Of a stretch of DNA of 64,000 nucleotides, positions 1-10,014 are shown one piece after another. Every line of letters starts with the position of its first letter. Within the stretch, counting starts at the first letter, position 1. A model generated the notes under the pieces. It searched no databases. It was not told the DNA's origin and saw only the letters and a list, made by a program, of their open reading frames with translations. The translations under genes were made by a program, and so were the position numbers. This DNA comes from Candidatus Omnitrophota bacterium (GTDB taxonomy: Bacteria > Omnitrophota > Gorgyraeia > Zapsychrales > Fredricksoniimonadaceae): the NCBI GenBank assembly GCA_028870995.1, contig JAGWOI010000001.1:100782-164781 (forward strand), written 5' to 3'.

Positions 1-470
1 GGGGCCTTTCTTTATCCGGGATTTTTTTAGGAGGGCTGGCTTCGTCCTGGATGCAGGTAGGGCCGGTCCTGATCCTAGTGGCGGCCAGTTTCTTTTTGGT
101 CCTGTTGTCGGAAAACTCACGAATTCCGGTGGATGATCCCGAAACCCATTTGGAATTGACCATGATCCATGAAGTAATGGTCCTGGACCACAGCGGCATG
201 GAGTTAGGCTGCATCCTTTACACCCAGGCATTGAAACTTTTCCTGTTTGGCAGCATGCTGGTTTCCATGGTCCTTGGTCTTATGCCGCGCAATGTTTGGG
301 GACAGGGGCTTTATTTTATCCTAGGTATTTTAGGTCTCGGAGTCGTGATTGGTGTGGTTGAATCGGCCATGGCCCGTTTGCGGTTGAACAGGGTCCTTTA
401 TCTGTTGTATTCGGCCCTTATTTTTTCGATCTTTGCGCTGATCGTCATTCTGGTCAGGGGGCATGTATGA
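1..470 (+). CDS. hyfC: Hydrogenase-4/Ehr membrane subunit HyfC/HycD (NuoH-like), 5' end outside window
   Basis: Motif ENSRIPVDDPETHLELTMIHEVMVLDHSG typical of HycD/HyfC; hydrophobic; followed by hyfE and hyfF. Confidence 0.85.
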   Translation, partial: GLSLSGIFLGGLASSWMQVGPVLILVAASFFLVLLSENSRIPVDDPETHLELTMIHEVMVLDHSGMELGCILYTQALKLFLFGSMLVSMVLGLMPRNVWGQGLYFILGILGLGVVIGVVESAMARLRLNRVLYLLYSALIFSIFALIVILVRGHV

Positions 471-1111
471 GCGTTTGGCTGGATGCGGTATTGATCCTTA
501 TTGTGCTTTTGGGGCTTTTGATCATTGTCAGTCATCGTCTGGGCAGCATGATCCAGATATTCGGGCTGCAATCGTGTATCTTAGGGGTGGTGCCGTTCTT
601 TTTATACGCCAACGGTATCGAATTTTTCATTATTATCGTAGCGCTGGCCGCTATTGTGCTCAGGGGCTTTTTGATGCCGTCTTTTCTTTATTGGGCCATC
701 CGGCATGTTGATATGCGTACCGAGATCAATCCAACGATAGGGATTGGTACGACGCTGTTGTTAAGCGGCCTTGCCATCGTCGGATCGTTCCTGTTGGCCT
801 CCAAGCTTGTCTTTCCAATGAAAATCGCTTCGGACATGGTGATCCCGTGTTCTTTTTCTCTGATCATCATGGGCTTCCTTTTGGTCATAGGCCGCATGAA
901 GGCCATCAGTCAGGTGGTGGGGTATCTGGTTTTGGAGAACGGGATATTCCTTTTTGCCATGTTGTTGTTAAAGAAAATGCCTTTGCTCGTGGAAATGGGG
1001 ATCCTGTTGGATCTGTTTATTGCCGCCGTGGTGCTGGGGATCGTAGTCAACAATATCAGCGATGAATTCAACAACACGGATACGGTTCAGCTGACAACGC
1101 TTAAGGATTAA
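467..1111 (+). CDS. hyfE: Hydrogenase-4 membrane subunit HyfE
   Basis: Polytopic membrane protein with QVVGYLVLENGI and LVEMGILLD motifs; ATGA overlap with hyfC. Confidence 0.85.
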   Translation: MSVWLDAVLILIVLLGLLIIVSHRLGSMIQIFGLQSCILGVVPFFLYANGIEFFIIIVALAAIVLRGFLMPSFLYWAIRHVDMRTEINPTIGIGTTLLLSGLAIVGSFLLASKLVFPMKIASDMVIPCSFSLIIMGFLLVIGRMKAISQVVGYLVLENGIFLFAMLLLKKMPLLVEMGILLDLFIAAVVLGIVVNNISDEFNNTDTVQLTTLKD

Positions 1112-1113
1112 CC

Positions 1114-2538
1114 ATGCTTTTATTCCTTCTTTTATTTCCGTTGATCGCCGGAGGAATGGTTTTCATCCTCCCTGGGCGCGGCCATCGAAACAGGGTGTTG
1201 CTTTTGGTTTCCCTGGCGCACACTCTTGGCGTATTCAGCCTTTGGAAATCTGTCCCCCTGTCACTCAACGATTTCCTGGGCCTGGATGCCCTGGGGCTTT
1301 TGATCCTTTCCGTGGTCAGCGTGTTGTTTTTAATGGTGGCTGTATATCTTATGGGTTATTTTAAGGACGAGCCCGACATGACCCACCGGATTTTTACAGG
1401 GTTTTTGCTGCTGTTCCTGGCCTTCATGACCCTGGTGACCATCAGCCGGCATTTCGGGCTTTTGCTGGTCGCCATCGAGGCCACGACTCTTTCCAGCGTT
1501 CCTCTGATCAATCTGGTGAAGACCAAACAGAGCATTGAAGCTACCTGGAAATTTTTAATACTTTGCCTGATCGGCATTGCCTTGGCCCTTTTGGGTATTT
1601 ATTTTCTTGCCGTTGCCGCCATGGGCAATGTCCAATCCATTTTTATAGACAAATTGATAAGTCACGCTCCGCAATTGTCCATGCCGTGGCTTAAGTTGAG
1701 CGTCATCTTTCTTTTGATCGGCTGCGGCACCAAGATGGGATTGGCGCCCATGCACACATGGCTGCCGGATGCCCATTCACAGGCACCCTCGCCCGTTTCT
1801 GCTTTGCTTTCAGCGTGCTTGTTGAATTGTGCCTTTTTAAGTGTCTTAAGGGTGGCACAGGTCTGCCAAGCCGCCGGACTGATGCCTTTCCTTTCTTCAA
1901 TGCTTATTGTCTTAGGCCTGATTTCCATGGGCATTGCCTATGTTTTTATTTTAGGACAGGAGGATTATAAGAGGATGTTTGCCTATTCCAGTGTGGAGCA
2001 TATGGGCATCCTCGCGTTAGGGATTGGTTTAGGAGGGGTCGGTATTTACGGCAGCCTGCTGCATGCCATTAATAATGCCCTTTCTAAGGGGATCGCCTTT
2101 TTGGTAACCGGCAATATTTACCGGCAATATCACAGTAAAAAGGTCGATGAGGTACACGGCGTGCTTCGCCGCTTCCCGGCAACTGGAGCTTTCCTTCTGG
2201 CGGCCTTCCTGGCCGTCAGCGGCGTGCCTGTCTTCGGCACCTTTATCAGTGAATTGATCATCCTGTATGCGGCCCTGGCCGGGCATCATTATGTCATAGC
2301 CGCTTTCTACCTTCTGTTCCTGGCCCTTATTTTTATGGGTATCGCAGGCATTGTTTTGAAGATGGCACAGACTCCACCGGGGGATCAAGAAACCGATCGG
2401 GGCGGCCGCGAACACTGGAGCATGATCCTGCCGATTTTGCTGCTGGTCCTCATGGTCCTGCTGCTGGGTATCTATATTCCTCCTGCCTTAAATGATCTCT
2501 TGCAGCAGTCTTCCAGGCTCCTGGGCGGCATTGATTAA
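1114..2538 (+). CDS. hyfF: Hydrogenase-4 subunit HyfF (proton-translocating antiporter-like)
   Basis: IEATTLSS, EATWKF, GTKMGLAPMHTWLPDAHSQAPSPVSALLS, KRMFAYSSVEHMG motifs. Confidence 0.9.
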   Translation: MLLFLLLFPLIAGGMVFILPGRGHRNRVLLLVSLAHTLGVFSLWKSVPLSLNDFLGLDALGLLILSVVSVLFLMVAVYLMGYFKDEPDMTHRIFTGFLLLFLAFMTLVTISRHFGLLLVAIEATTLSSVPLINLVKTKQSIEATWKFLILCLIGIALALLGIYFLAVAAMGNVQSIFIDKLISHAPQLSMPWLKLSVIFLLIGCGTKMGLAPMHTWLPDAHSQAPSPVSALLSACLLNCAFLSVLRVAQVCQAAGLMPFLSSMLIVLGLISMGIAYVFILGQEDYKRMFAYSSVEHMGILALGIGLGGVGIYGSLLHAINNALSKGIAFLVTGNIYRQYHSKKVDEVHGVLRRFPATGAFLLAAFLAVSGVPVFGTFISELIILYAALAGHHYVIAAFYLLFLALIFMGIAGIVLKMAQTPPGDQETDRGGREHWSMILPILLLVLMVLLLGIYIPPALNDLLQQSSRLLGGID

Positions 2539-2629
2539 TATTTTCTTTTATCCTTAATCCTGTTATACTTTGGTAAATTTCATCTAATCTTTATTAAATT
2601 CTTATATTTTCAAAGTAAAAGAGGGTATT

Positions 2630-4165
2630 ATGCGGGCGGCAATAATCGATGTTGGTTCTTCAACCATCAAGCTTCTGATCGCCGAAGGCCATGGCGATGA
2701 TGTTAAAATCATCGAATCGTTGAAAAACATGATCCCTTTGGGCAAGCATGTCTTTCTCAAGGGCCGTATCCCGCAGACCATCATCAACCAGACCGCCGCC
2801 GTCCTGCAGAAGTATAAAGATACCCTTAAAGAATACGATGTGACCAAGGTCATGGTCATTGCTACGACAGCCGTTCGCGAGGCGCGCAACCAGGACATTT
2901 TCCTGGACACCATCCTGCGCAAAACCGGTTTTAAGATCGATGTTTTAAATGCCGGGGACGTGGTTTATTACATCGACTATTTCCTGAGCCATAAATTAAA
3001 GAAGACCTATCCCATTGAAAAGAAAAATTTGCTGATCGCGGAACTCGGTGCCGGCTCTCTGGACGTGTCGGTCATGGAAAAGGGGATGACCCTCATGAAT
3101 ATCGGGTTTCCCATCGGCACCCTGCGCCTCTCCCAGTTCATGGAAAGCCTGGACGGTTCGCTGCAGGAAGTGCATGAGGCCACCGAGGAATACATTGAGA
3201 ACGAGATCCTTTCCCTAAACAAAAACAACACGAATTTCAACATTGATGACATTATCCTCATCGACGAGAATTATTCCGTATTTATCCAGAATGTCCTTCC
3301 CAACAAGCGCCGCGATTCGGACTTTTTCAAGTTCAAGGCTTCCGAGGCCCAGGAATTGCTGACCCGCTTGAAGCAGATGAACGTCGAGGAGATCGCCAAC
3401 TCCTACAATGTGCCGACGGACATTTCGGCCACCATCACCGGCTACGCCATCATCCTCAACACCTTGTTCAAGATAAATAAGAGTGAATACATCTATATCC
3501 TGGAGGCCTCCCTGTCCGAAGCCATCCTGGCCCACCTGCTGTTCAAATTCGAGAAGTCGGAGGACGACAACAAGTTGAGCCAGCTGGTCTCCGTGGCGCA
3601 TTTCCTTTGCCGCAAGTACGGCATGGACCTGGCCCACCTGAAACATGTGGCGGCCATGACTGAGCAATTGTTCAATGCCTTCAGGGACATTTTGGGCCTC
3701 GAAGAAAAGAACCGCTTGTACCTGTTGTTGGCGGCGTACCTTCATGATATTGGCACGTTTGTCAGCAACCGCTCGCACCACAAGCACAGTGAATATATGA
3801 TCAGCGCCTTGAACCTGTTCCGGTTGACGGAAAATGAGATCAATATCATCGCCTGTACCGCCCGCTATCACCGCCGTTCGGCCCCGCTCAAGAGCCATCT
3901 GTTGTATAATTCCCTGACTTCGGCGGACCAGATCCTGGTGCAAAAATTAAGCGCTCTATTGCGCATCGCCAATTCGCTGGACCGTTCGCACAAACAGAAG
4001 GTCAAAAAACTGGACGTCAAATTCAGCACCGGGGGGGATGCGACCATCGTGGCGCACACCCATGAGAATTTCCTGTTGGAAAAAGAAAATTTCATGGAGA
4101 AAAAGGAACTGTTCGAGGAGATCACCGGTAATAAATTGACGCTTACCGTTAAAGCACAAGAATAA
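2630..4165 (+). CDS. ppx: Exopolyphosphatase Ppx/GppA family with C-terminal HD domain
   Basis: IDVGSSTIKL, ATTAVREARN, ELGAGS, LHDIG; adjacent to ppk1. Confidence 0.9.
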   Translation: MRAAIIDVGSSTIKLLIAEGHGDDVKIIESLKNMIPLGKHVFLKGRIPQTIINQTAAVLQKYKDTLKEYDVTKVMVIATTAVREARNQDIFLDTILRKTGFKIDVLNAGDVVYYIDYFLSHKLKKTYPIEKKNLLIAELGAGSLDVSVMEKGMTLMNIGFPIGTLRLSQFMESLDGSLQEVHEATEEYIENEILSLNKNNTNFNIDDIILIDENYSVFIQNVLPNKRRDSDFFKFKASEAQELLTRLKQMNVEEIANSYNVPTDISATITGYAIILNTLFKINKSEYIYILEASLSEAILAHLLFKFEKSEDDNKLSQLVSVAHFLCRKYGMDLAHLKHVAAMTEQLFNAFRDILGLEEKNRLYLLLAAYLHDIGTFVSNRSHHKHSEYMISALNLFRLTENEINIIACTARYHRRSAPLKSHLLYNSLTSADQILVQKLSALLRIANSLDRSHKQKVKKLDVKFSTGGDATIVAHTHENFLLEKENFMEKKELFEEITGNKLTLTVKAQE

Positions 4166-4166
4166 T

Positions 4167-6182
4167 ATGGAAACCAAGGAAAAATTCATCCATAGAGACC
4201 TAAGCTGGCTGGAATTCAATTACCGCGTTCTGGAAGAAGCCAAGGATGAGCGTAACCCGCTTTTGGAACGCACCAAATTTTTGGCCATCTTTACCGGTAA
4301 CCTGGACGAGTTTTTTATGGTGAGGATGTCGGGCGTCAAAAAACTTCTGGCTTCCGGCTACAATAAACGCGATCAATTTGGTTTTTATCCGCAGGAAGTT
4401 TTTGCCGAGATCAAGACCCGCAGCGATGAAATGGTCAAAAAGTTTTATGAAGTCTACGAAGGCTCCGTCAAGCAGGCCCTGGAGGCCCAAAAGATCTTCA
4501 TCAAAAAGCCGGCTGACCTGAATCCGGAGCAGAAGAAGTTCGCCCAGCGTTTTTTTGATACCACCTTATACCCGATCACCACCCCCCTGGCGGTCGATCC
4601 CGGGCATCCTTTTCCTGTCCTGCCCTCGCGCACCATCGCTTTTGCGGTCGACATCGAGCGTAATGACAAGCGCCACCTGGCCATTATCCCCGTCCCCAAG
4701 GCCGTGCCGCGCCTCTTGAAGCTGCCGGCGGAAGGCGACGAGGCGGTCTATGTCTTGACGGACTATTTGATCAAAGAGAATTTGGCTTCCTTTTTTAAAG
4801 GCTACAAGATCCAGGAGGCCTCGCTTTTCAGGGTCCTGCGGGACAGTGAACTGGAGGTCGATGAAGGGTTTGCTCCTGATCTTCTTAAAGCGCTGGAGAA
4901 AGAGCTTAAAAAGCGCCCCAGCGCCAAGTCGGTATACCTGCAGATGGAAAAAGGGAACCCCGAACTGGTGGCGGTTTTGTGCAACGGCATCGATTTTCCC
5001 CAGGAAGAGGTGGTGTTCATCACCTCGGACCTGGACCTGACCTTCCTTTACGACCTTTCGGCCTCGGTGGACAAGCCCCATCTGCATTATCCCAGTTTCA
5101 CGCCGGCACGGGGCCCGTATGAGAACATTTTCGACAAGATCAAGGAAGAGGATTTTATCGTTCACCTGCCATTTCAATCCTTCCTGCCGACCAGCGATTT
5201 TATCACCGCCGCCGCCAAGGACCCCGATGTCCTGGCCATCAAGATGACGCTTTACCGCACCAATGAGGATTCGGCCATCATCAAGGCCCTGATGGAGGCG
5301 GCCAAGAGACGCAAACAGGTCACCGTGGTCGTTGAGATCAAGGCCAGGTTCGAGGAAGAGAAGAACATCCAATGGTCGAGGGAATTGGAGGTGGCCGGCT
5401 GCCATGTGATCTATGGGATCGCGGGCTTGAAGATCCATTCCAAGATGGCGCTGGTCGTGCGCAAGGAAGAGGGCCGCATCCGCCGTTACGTGCATTTATC
5501 GACAGGCAATTACAACGAAAAGACCGCCCATGTTTATACCGACATCGGCTTTTTCACCGTCAATGACGATTTTGCCAGGGATATTGCGGATGTCTTCAAT
5601 GTCATTACAGGATATTCGCTGCCCAGCCCCTGGAAGCGCGTCATTTCGTCTCCTCATGATTTGCGCAAATATTTTTTCGACCTTATCGACAAGGAGATGG
5701 CGGCCCAGCAGGAGCACAAGAACGGTTCGATCGTCGCCAAAATGAATTCTTTGGAGGACGCCCAAATTATCGAGAAATTGTACGCCGCCTCCAATGCCGG
5801 CGTTAAAATCAAACTGCTGGTGCGCGGGATCTGCAGCCTCGTGCCGGGCCTCCCCGGGTTAAGCGAAAATATCGAGGTGCGCAGCATCGTGGGCCGTTTT
5901 TTGGAACATTCGCGGATCTTTTATTTCAACAATAACGGCAATCCCCGCTGCTTTTTGTCGTCGGCGGACTGGATGACGCGTAATTTCGACCGGCGCATCG
6001 AGCTCTTGTTCGAGATCACCAAGCCGGAGATCAAGGGCCATTTGCAATTTATTCTCGATACGTATTTTAAAGACACCCGTAAAGCGAGGCTGCTTCGAGC
6101 CAACCATCATTACGGTCCCATCAAGAAGGAAGGCGAGACTTTCGAGGCGCAGGAGTATTTTATAAATCACTATACGCGTTAA
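4167..6182 (+). CDS. ppk1: Polyphosphate kinase 1
   Basis: RDLSWLEFNYRVL, NLDEFFMVR, KIHSK, STGNYN, GRFLEHSR, SADWMTRN. Confidence 0.97.
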   Translation: METKEKFIHRDLSWLEFNYRVLEEAKDERNPLLERTKFLAIFTGNLDEFFMVRMSGVKKLLASGYNKRDQFGFYPQEVFAEIKTRSDEMVKKFYEVYEGSVKQALEAQKIFIKKPADLNPEQKKFAQRFFDTTLYPITTPLAVDPGHPFPVLPSRTIAFAVDIERNDKRHLAIIPVPKAVPRLLKLPAEGDEAVYVLTDYLIKENLASFFKGYKIQEASLFRVLRDSELEVDEGFAPDLLKALEKELKKRPSAKSVYLQMEKGNPELVAVLCNGIDFPQEEVVFITSDLDLTFLYDLSASVDKPHLHYPSFTPARGPYENIFDKIKEEDFIVHLPFQSFLPTSDFITAAAKDPDVLAIKMTLYRTNEDSAIIKALMEAAKRRKQVTVVVEIKARFEEEKNIQWSRELEVAGCHVIYGIAGLKIHSKMALVVRKEEGRIRRYVHLSTGNYNEKTAHVYTDIGFFTVNDDFARDIADVFNVITGYSLPSPWKRVISSPHDLRKYFFDLIDKEMAAQQEHKNGSIVAKMNSLEDAQIIEKLYAASNAGVKIKLLVRGICSLVPGLPGLSENIEVRSIVGRFLEHSRIFYFNNNGNPRCFLSSADWMTRNFDRRIELLFEITKPEIKGHLQFILDTYFKDTRKARLLRANHHYGPIKKEGETFEAQEYFINHYTR

Positions 6183-6215
6183 CCGTACCTTACGAAACCG
6201 AAGGAACAGGGAATC

Positions 6216-7166
6216 TTGGATTATTTCATCGGGCTTGATATAGGCGGTACGAAAATAGCCGGGGCCTTGATCTCAGGCTCGGGAGAGATCGTCGGCCGCA
6301 CCAAGACAGCCACCCCCAGAAAGGTCAAGCCCAAGGAGATATTCCGCTGCATCACCGATACCATCGATGAATTGATAGCTGCCTCCGGCCTTAAAGCCTC
6401 ATCCGTTAAAGGCATCGGGGCGGGGGTCCCGGGCATCGTGGACACCCGCCGCAACCATATCCTGGCGGCGCCTAATATCGCTTTGACCGGGTTTCCTTTA
6501 AGTGAGTATTTAAAGCGCAAATACCGTGTCCCCGTGGCCTTGGCCAATGATGTTAACGCCGGTCTTCTGGGAGAGGCGTGGAAGGGCGGAGCCCGAGGCC
6601 TGTCCCATGTCGTGGGAGTTTTTCCCGGCACCGGTGTGGGTGGGGCGGTCATCAGCGACGGTCAATTGCTGCTGGGCGCCCAGGGCGCGGCCACAGAATT
6701 AGGCCATGTCATCGTCAGCCTCAACGGGCCGAAATGCCATTGCGGCAACCGCGGGTGTTTGGAGGCCATGACCAGCCGCTGGGCCATCGAACGGGACATC
6801 CGGGCCCTGGTTAAGGCCGGCAAAAAGACGGTGGCCTCCAAGCTTAACGGCGGTAAGCTGGACATGATCAAAAGCCGCATCTTGAGGGAAGCGCTGGCCC
6901 AAAATGACCCTGTGGTCAAATCCGTCCTGACCCGGGCCGCCGTGGTCTTGGGGCACGCCGCCGTTTCTTTTAACCACATATTTAATCCTCAAGCCATTAT
7001 CTTTGGCGGTGGTGTCATCAAAGCCTGCGGTTTTTTTATCCTGCCTATCGTGGCCAAGGAACTTCATGCCGACCCCTTTTTCAAGAAATTTAATGCCTGC
7101 CGCATCCTGTCGTCCCAGTTGGGGGATGATGCCGTTGTCCTGGGTGCCGCCCGTTTAGCCCTATAA
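6216..7166 (+). CDS. ROK family sugar kinase (glucokinase-like)
   Basis: GLDIGGTK, NDVNA, GTGVGG, ELGH, CHCGNRGCLE; TTG start. Confidence 0.9.
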   Translation: MDYFIGLDIGGTKIAGALISGSGEIVGRTKTATPRKVKPKEIFRCITDTIDELIAASGLKASSVKGIGAGVPGIVDTRRNHILAAPNIALTGFPLSEYLKRKYRVPVALANDVNAGLLGEAWKGGARGLSHVVGVFPGTGVGGAVISDGQLLLGAQGAATELGHVIVSLNGPKCHCGNRGCLEAMTSRWAIERDIRALVKAGKKTVASKLNGGKLDMIKSRILREALAQNDPVVKSVLTRAAVVLGHAAVSFNHIFNPQAIIFGGGVIKACGFFILPIVAKELHADPFFKKFNACRILSSQLGDDAVVLGAARLAL

Positions 7167-7255
7167 CTCCGATAGGCCTCGCAATTGTTGACGGCCGGGT
7201 ATCTTAATATTAAAATAAAATATTGAAATTATAAAATTAAGAAGGAGTTCAGGTT

Positions 7256-7528
7256 ATGAAAGACAGGATCATCGATATGGCGGGAAAGACATGGCGTTTT
7301 TTGGGCCAGAATGGACAAACCAACGTCAGCCAATTGGCCAAGTCTCTTAAAGAAAAGGAGGAGATCGTTTTTCAGGCCCTGGGATGGCTGGCACGCGAGG
7401 ATAAGATCAATTACATGGTCAAGAACCGCCGGACCTTTGTTTCCCTGGTGGATGCCGAATTGCAGGCGTTTAATTCGATCGTTTACCACATTGAAAACAA
7501 GGCGGGAAGCCTCAAGCCTAAAAAGTAA
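7256..7528 (+). CDS. Small winged-helix protein (DUF2582-like)
   Basis: AGKTWRFL...QALGWLAREDKI signature; AAGGAG RBS. Confidence 0.8.
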   Translation: MKDRIIDMAGKTWRFLGQNGQTNVSQLAKSLKEKEEIVFQALGWLAREDKINYMVKNRRTFVSLVDAELQAFNSIVYHIENKAGSLKPKK

Positions 7529-7554
7529 ATTATTTTCTGACAGCGGAGTTTAAT

Positions 7555-10008
7555 TTGAACAGATTTGTTTGTATTCACGGCCATTTTTACCAGCCACCGC
7601 GGGAAAATCCCTGGCTGGATGAAGTCGAAGTGCAGGATTCCGCCTATCCTTACCATGACTGGAACGAACGGGTCACGTCCGAATGCTATGCCCGAAACGC
7701 CGCCGCGCGCATTCTGGACAGCAATCGCTGCATCGTCGATATCGTCAACAATTATTCTAAAATCAGCTTTAATTTCGGCCCCACACTTTTGTCGTGGATG
7801 CAGGAAAAGGACCCTGAGATCTACGCGGCCATCCTGGAAGCCGACCGCATCAGCCAACAGCATTTTTCCGGGCACGGCAGCGCCATGGCCCAGGTCTATA
7901 ATCACATGATCATGCCCCTGGCTGCCGCCCGGGATAAGCGCACCCAGGTCATCTGGGGCATCGAGGATTTTGAAGCACGGTTCAAGCGCAAACCTGAAGG
8001 CATGTGGCTGGCGGAGACGGCGGTCGATCTGGAAACACTGGACTTGATGGCCCAGCAGGGGATCAAGTTCACCGTCCTGGCGCCTCATCAGGCCAAACGC
8101 GTCAAATCCAGCGGACAGGAGATGCTTTGGCAGGATGTTTCCACGGCCAAGGTGGACCCCAAGGTCCCTTACCGCTGCCAGCTTCCTTCCGGCCGGCAAA
8201 TCGCGGTTTTCTTTTATGACGGCCCCATTGCCCTGGGCGTGGCCTTTGAAGGACTGTTGAATAACGGCGAACAGCTGGCCACGCGTCTGACCGAAGGTTT
8301 TAGCCCGGCCAATCACGGCGCCCAGCTTGTGCATATCGCCACCGACGGGGAGACCTACGGCCATCACCATAAATTCGGCGACATGGCCCTGGCCTATTGT
8401 TTGCACCATATCGAAACCCATCAGCTGGGGCGCCTGACGGTTTACGGGGAATTTTTGCACAAATTCCCGCCCACCCAGGAAGTGGAAATCGTTGAGAATT
8501 CATCCTGGAGCTGCGTGCACGGCATCGAGCGCTGGCGCACGGATTGCGGCTGCTCGACGGGAGGTCAGCCGGGATGGAACCAAAAATGGCGCGGCGGGTT
8601 GCGGGAGTCCCTGGACTGGCTGCGTGATACAACAGCGCCTTTGTATGAAAATGAAATGAAGGCCTTTGCCAAGGATCCCTGGGAGGTGCGCGACAGGTAT
8701 ATCGAAGTGATCTTGGACCGCAGCGAAAATAACACCGGCCGATTCCTGCAAAACGTGGCCGGCCGGCCCCTGAATGAGGAAGAAAAGATCAAGGTGCTTA
8801 AGCTGCTGGAAATGCAGACCAATGCGATGTTGATGTACACCTCCTGCGGATGGTTTTTCAGCGAGATTTCGGGCCTCGAGTCCGTTCAGGTTCTGAAATA
8901 CGCCGCCCGCGCCATCCAGCTGGCCAAGGAGGTGGCAGGAGCCGGTTTGGAAGAGGGGTTTGTGTCCCGCTTGTCTGAGGTCGCCAGCAATATTCCTGAG
9001 TTCAAGGACGGGGCCCAAATTTACCGCACGGTGGTCAAACCATCCGTCGTCGACCTTTTGCGCGTCGGCGCCCACTATGCCATGACCTCCTTATTCGAGC
9101 AGTATGCCCCGCAGACCAAGATGTACAGCTACGCGGTCAAAAGCGAACAGTACGACCTGAAAGAGGCCGGCCGCCTGCGTCTTGCCGTAGGGCGCGCCCG
9201 GGTGCGCTCCAGGGATACCTGGGAGATGGCCTATACCTGTTTTGCCGTGCTGCACCTGGGGGACCATAATTTCATCGGCGGCGTGGACCATATGAATACC
9301 GACGAGTTTGCCAAGATGCACGGCCTTTTGATGAACGCTTTTCTGGAAAGCGACATCCCCAGCGTCATCGGGGTCATTAAAGATTATTTTAAATACCATA
9401 ATTATTCCCTCTGGCACTTATTCAAGGAGGAGCAGCAGAAGATCCTCAACCAGGTCTTGAGGTCGACCATGGACGATATCGAGACCAGTTTCCGGCAGAT
9501 CTATGACCACCATTACCCATTAATGCAGATCAAGAATGAGACCAGCCTGCCCCTGCCGCGCATGTTGATGACGGTGGTTGAGTTTGTCCTCAACCGCGAC
9601 ATCAGCGACGCTTTGGCGGCGGAGGAGGTGGATATTAAACGGCTCAAACAGCTGGTCGATGAAATGAAGCGCTGGTCCTTCAAGCGTGATCATGCCAATT
9701 TCACCTTTTTGGCGGGGCAGCGGATCAGCAGCCTGATGAAACGCCTGTCGGACAATCCCGACAATATCCACCTGATGGAAAAGGTCGTTATCATCCTGGA
9801 ACTTTTGGGGCAGTTGAATTTGGAGATCGACCTGTGGAAAGCTCAAAATATTTACTTTGCCATGGTCCGAAAGATTTATCCGGACATCCTGTCTTTGTCA
9901 GGGACGGATGAGCTGGCGGGCCGGTGGGTAAAACTTTTTGAACATTTAGGCGGGATCCTGCAGGTCAATATCGTCACCTCAAGGACCCTGGCCAAAGCGA
10001 GGACATGA
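7555..10008 (+). CDS. Glycoside hydrolase family 57 protein with DUF3536 domain
   Basis: HGHFYQPPRENPW, GMWLAET, ATDGETYGHH, SWSCVHGIERW, MYTSCGWFF. Confidence 0.92.
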   Translation: MNRFVCIHGHFYQPPRENPWLDEVEVQDSAYPYHDWNERVTSECYARNAAARILDSNRCIVDIVNNYSKISFNFGPTLLSWMQEKDPEIYAAILEADRISQQHFSGHGSAMAQVYNHMIMPLAAARDKRTQVIWGIEDFEARFKRKPEGMWLAETAVDLETLDLMAQQGIKFTVLAPHQAKRVKSSGQEMLWQDVSTAKVDPKVPYRCQLPSGRQIAVFFYDGPIALGVAFEGLLNNGEQLATRLTEGFSPANHGAQLVHIATDGETYGHHHKFGDMALAYCLHHIETHQLGRLTVYGEFLHKFPPTQEVEIVENSSWSCVHGIERWRTDCGCSTGGQPGWNQKWRGGLRESLDWLRDTTAPLYENEMKAFAKDPWEVRDRYIEVILDRSENNTGRFLQNVAGRPLNEEEKIKVLKLLEMQTNAMLMYTSCGWFFSEISGLESVQVLKYAARAIQLAKEVAGAGLEEGFVSRLSEVASNIPEFKDGAQIYRTVVKPSVVDLLRVGAHYAMTSLFEQYAPQTKMYSYAVKSEQYDLKEAGRLRLAVGRARVRSRDTWEMAYTCFAVLHLGDHNFIGGVDHMNTDEFAKMHGLLMNAFLESDIPSVIGVIKDYFKYHNYSLWHLFKEEQQKILNQVLRSTMDDIETSFRQIYDHHYPLMQIKNETSLPLPRMLMTVVEFVLNRDISDALAAEEVDIKRLKQLVDEMKRWSFKRDHANFTFLAGQRISSLMKRLSDNPDNIHLMEKVVIILELLGQLNLEIDLWKAQNIYFAMVRKIYPDILSLSGTDELAGRWVKLFEHLGGILQVNIVTSRTLAKART

Positions 10009-10014
10009 TTCCTT

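Noticed and set aside
3215-9846. Several 200-325 aa minus-strand ORFs
   Set aside because: They are antisense to ppx, ppk1 and GH57 and have no independent evidence.
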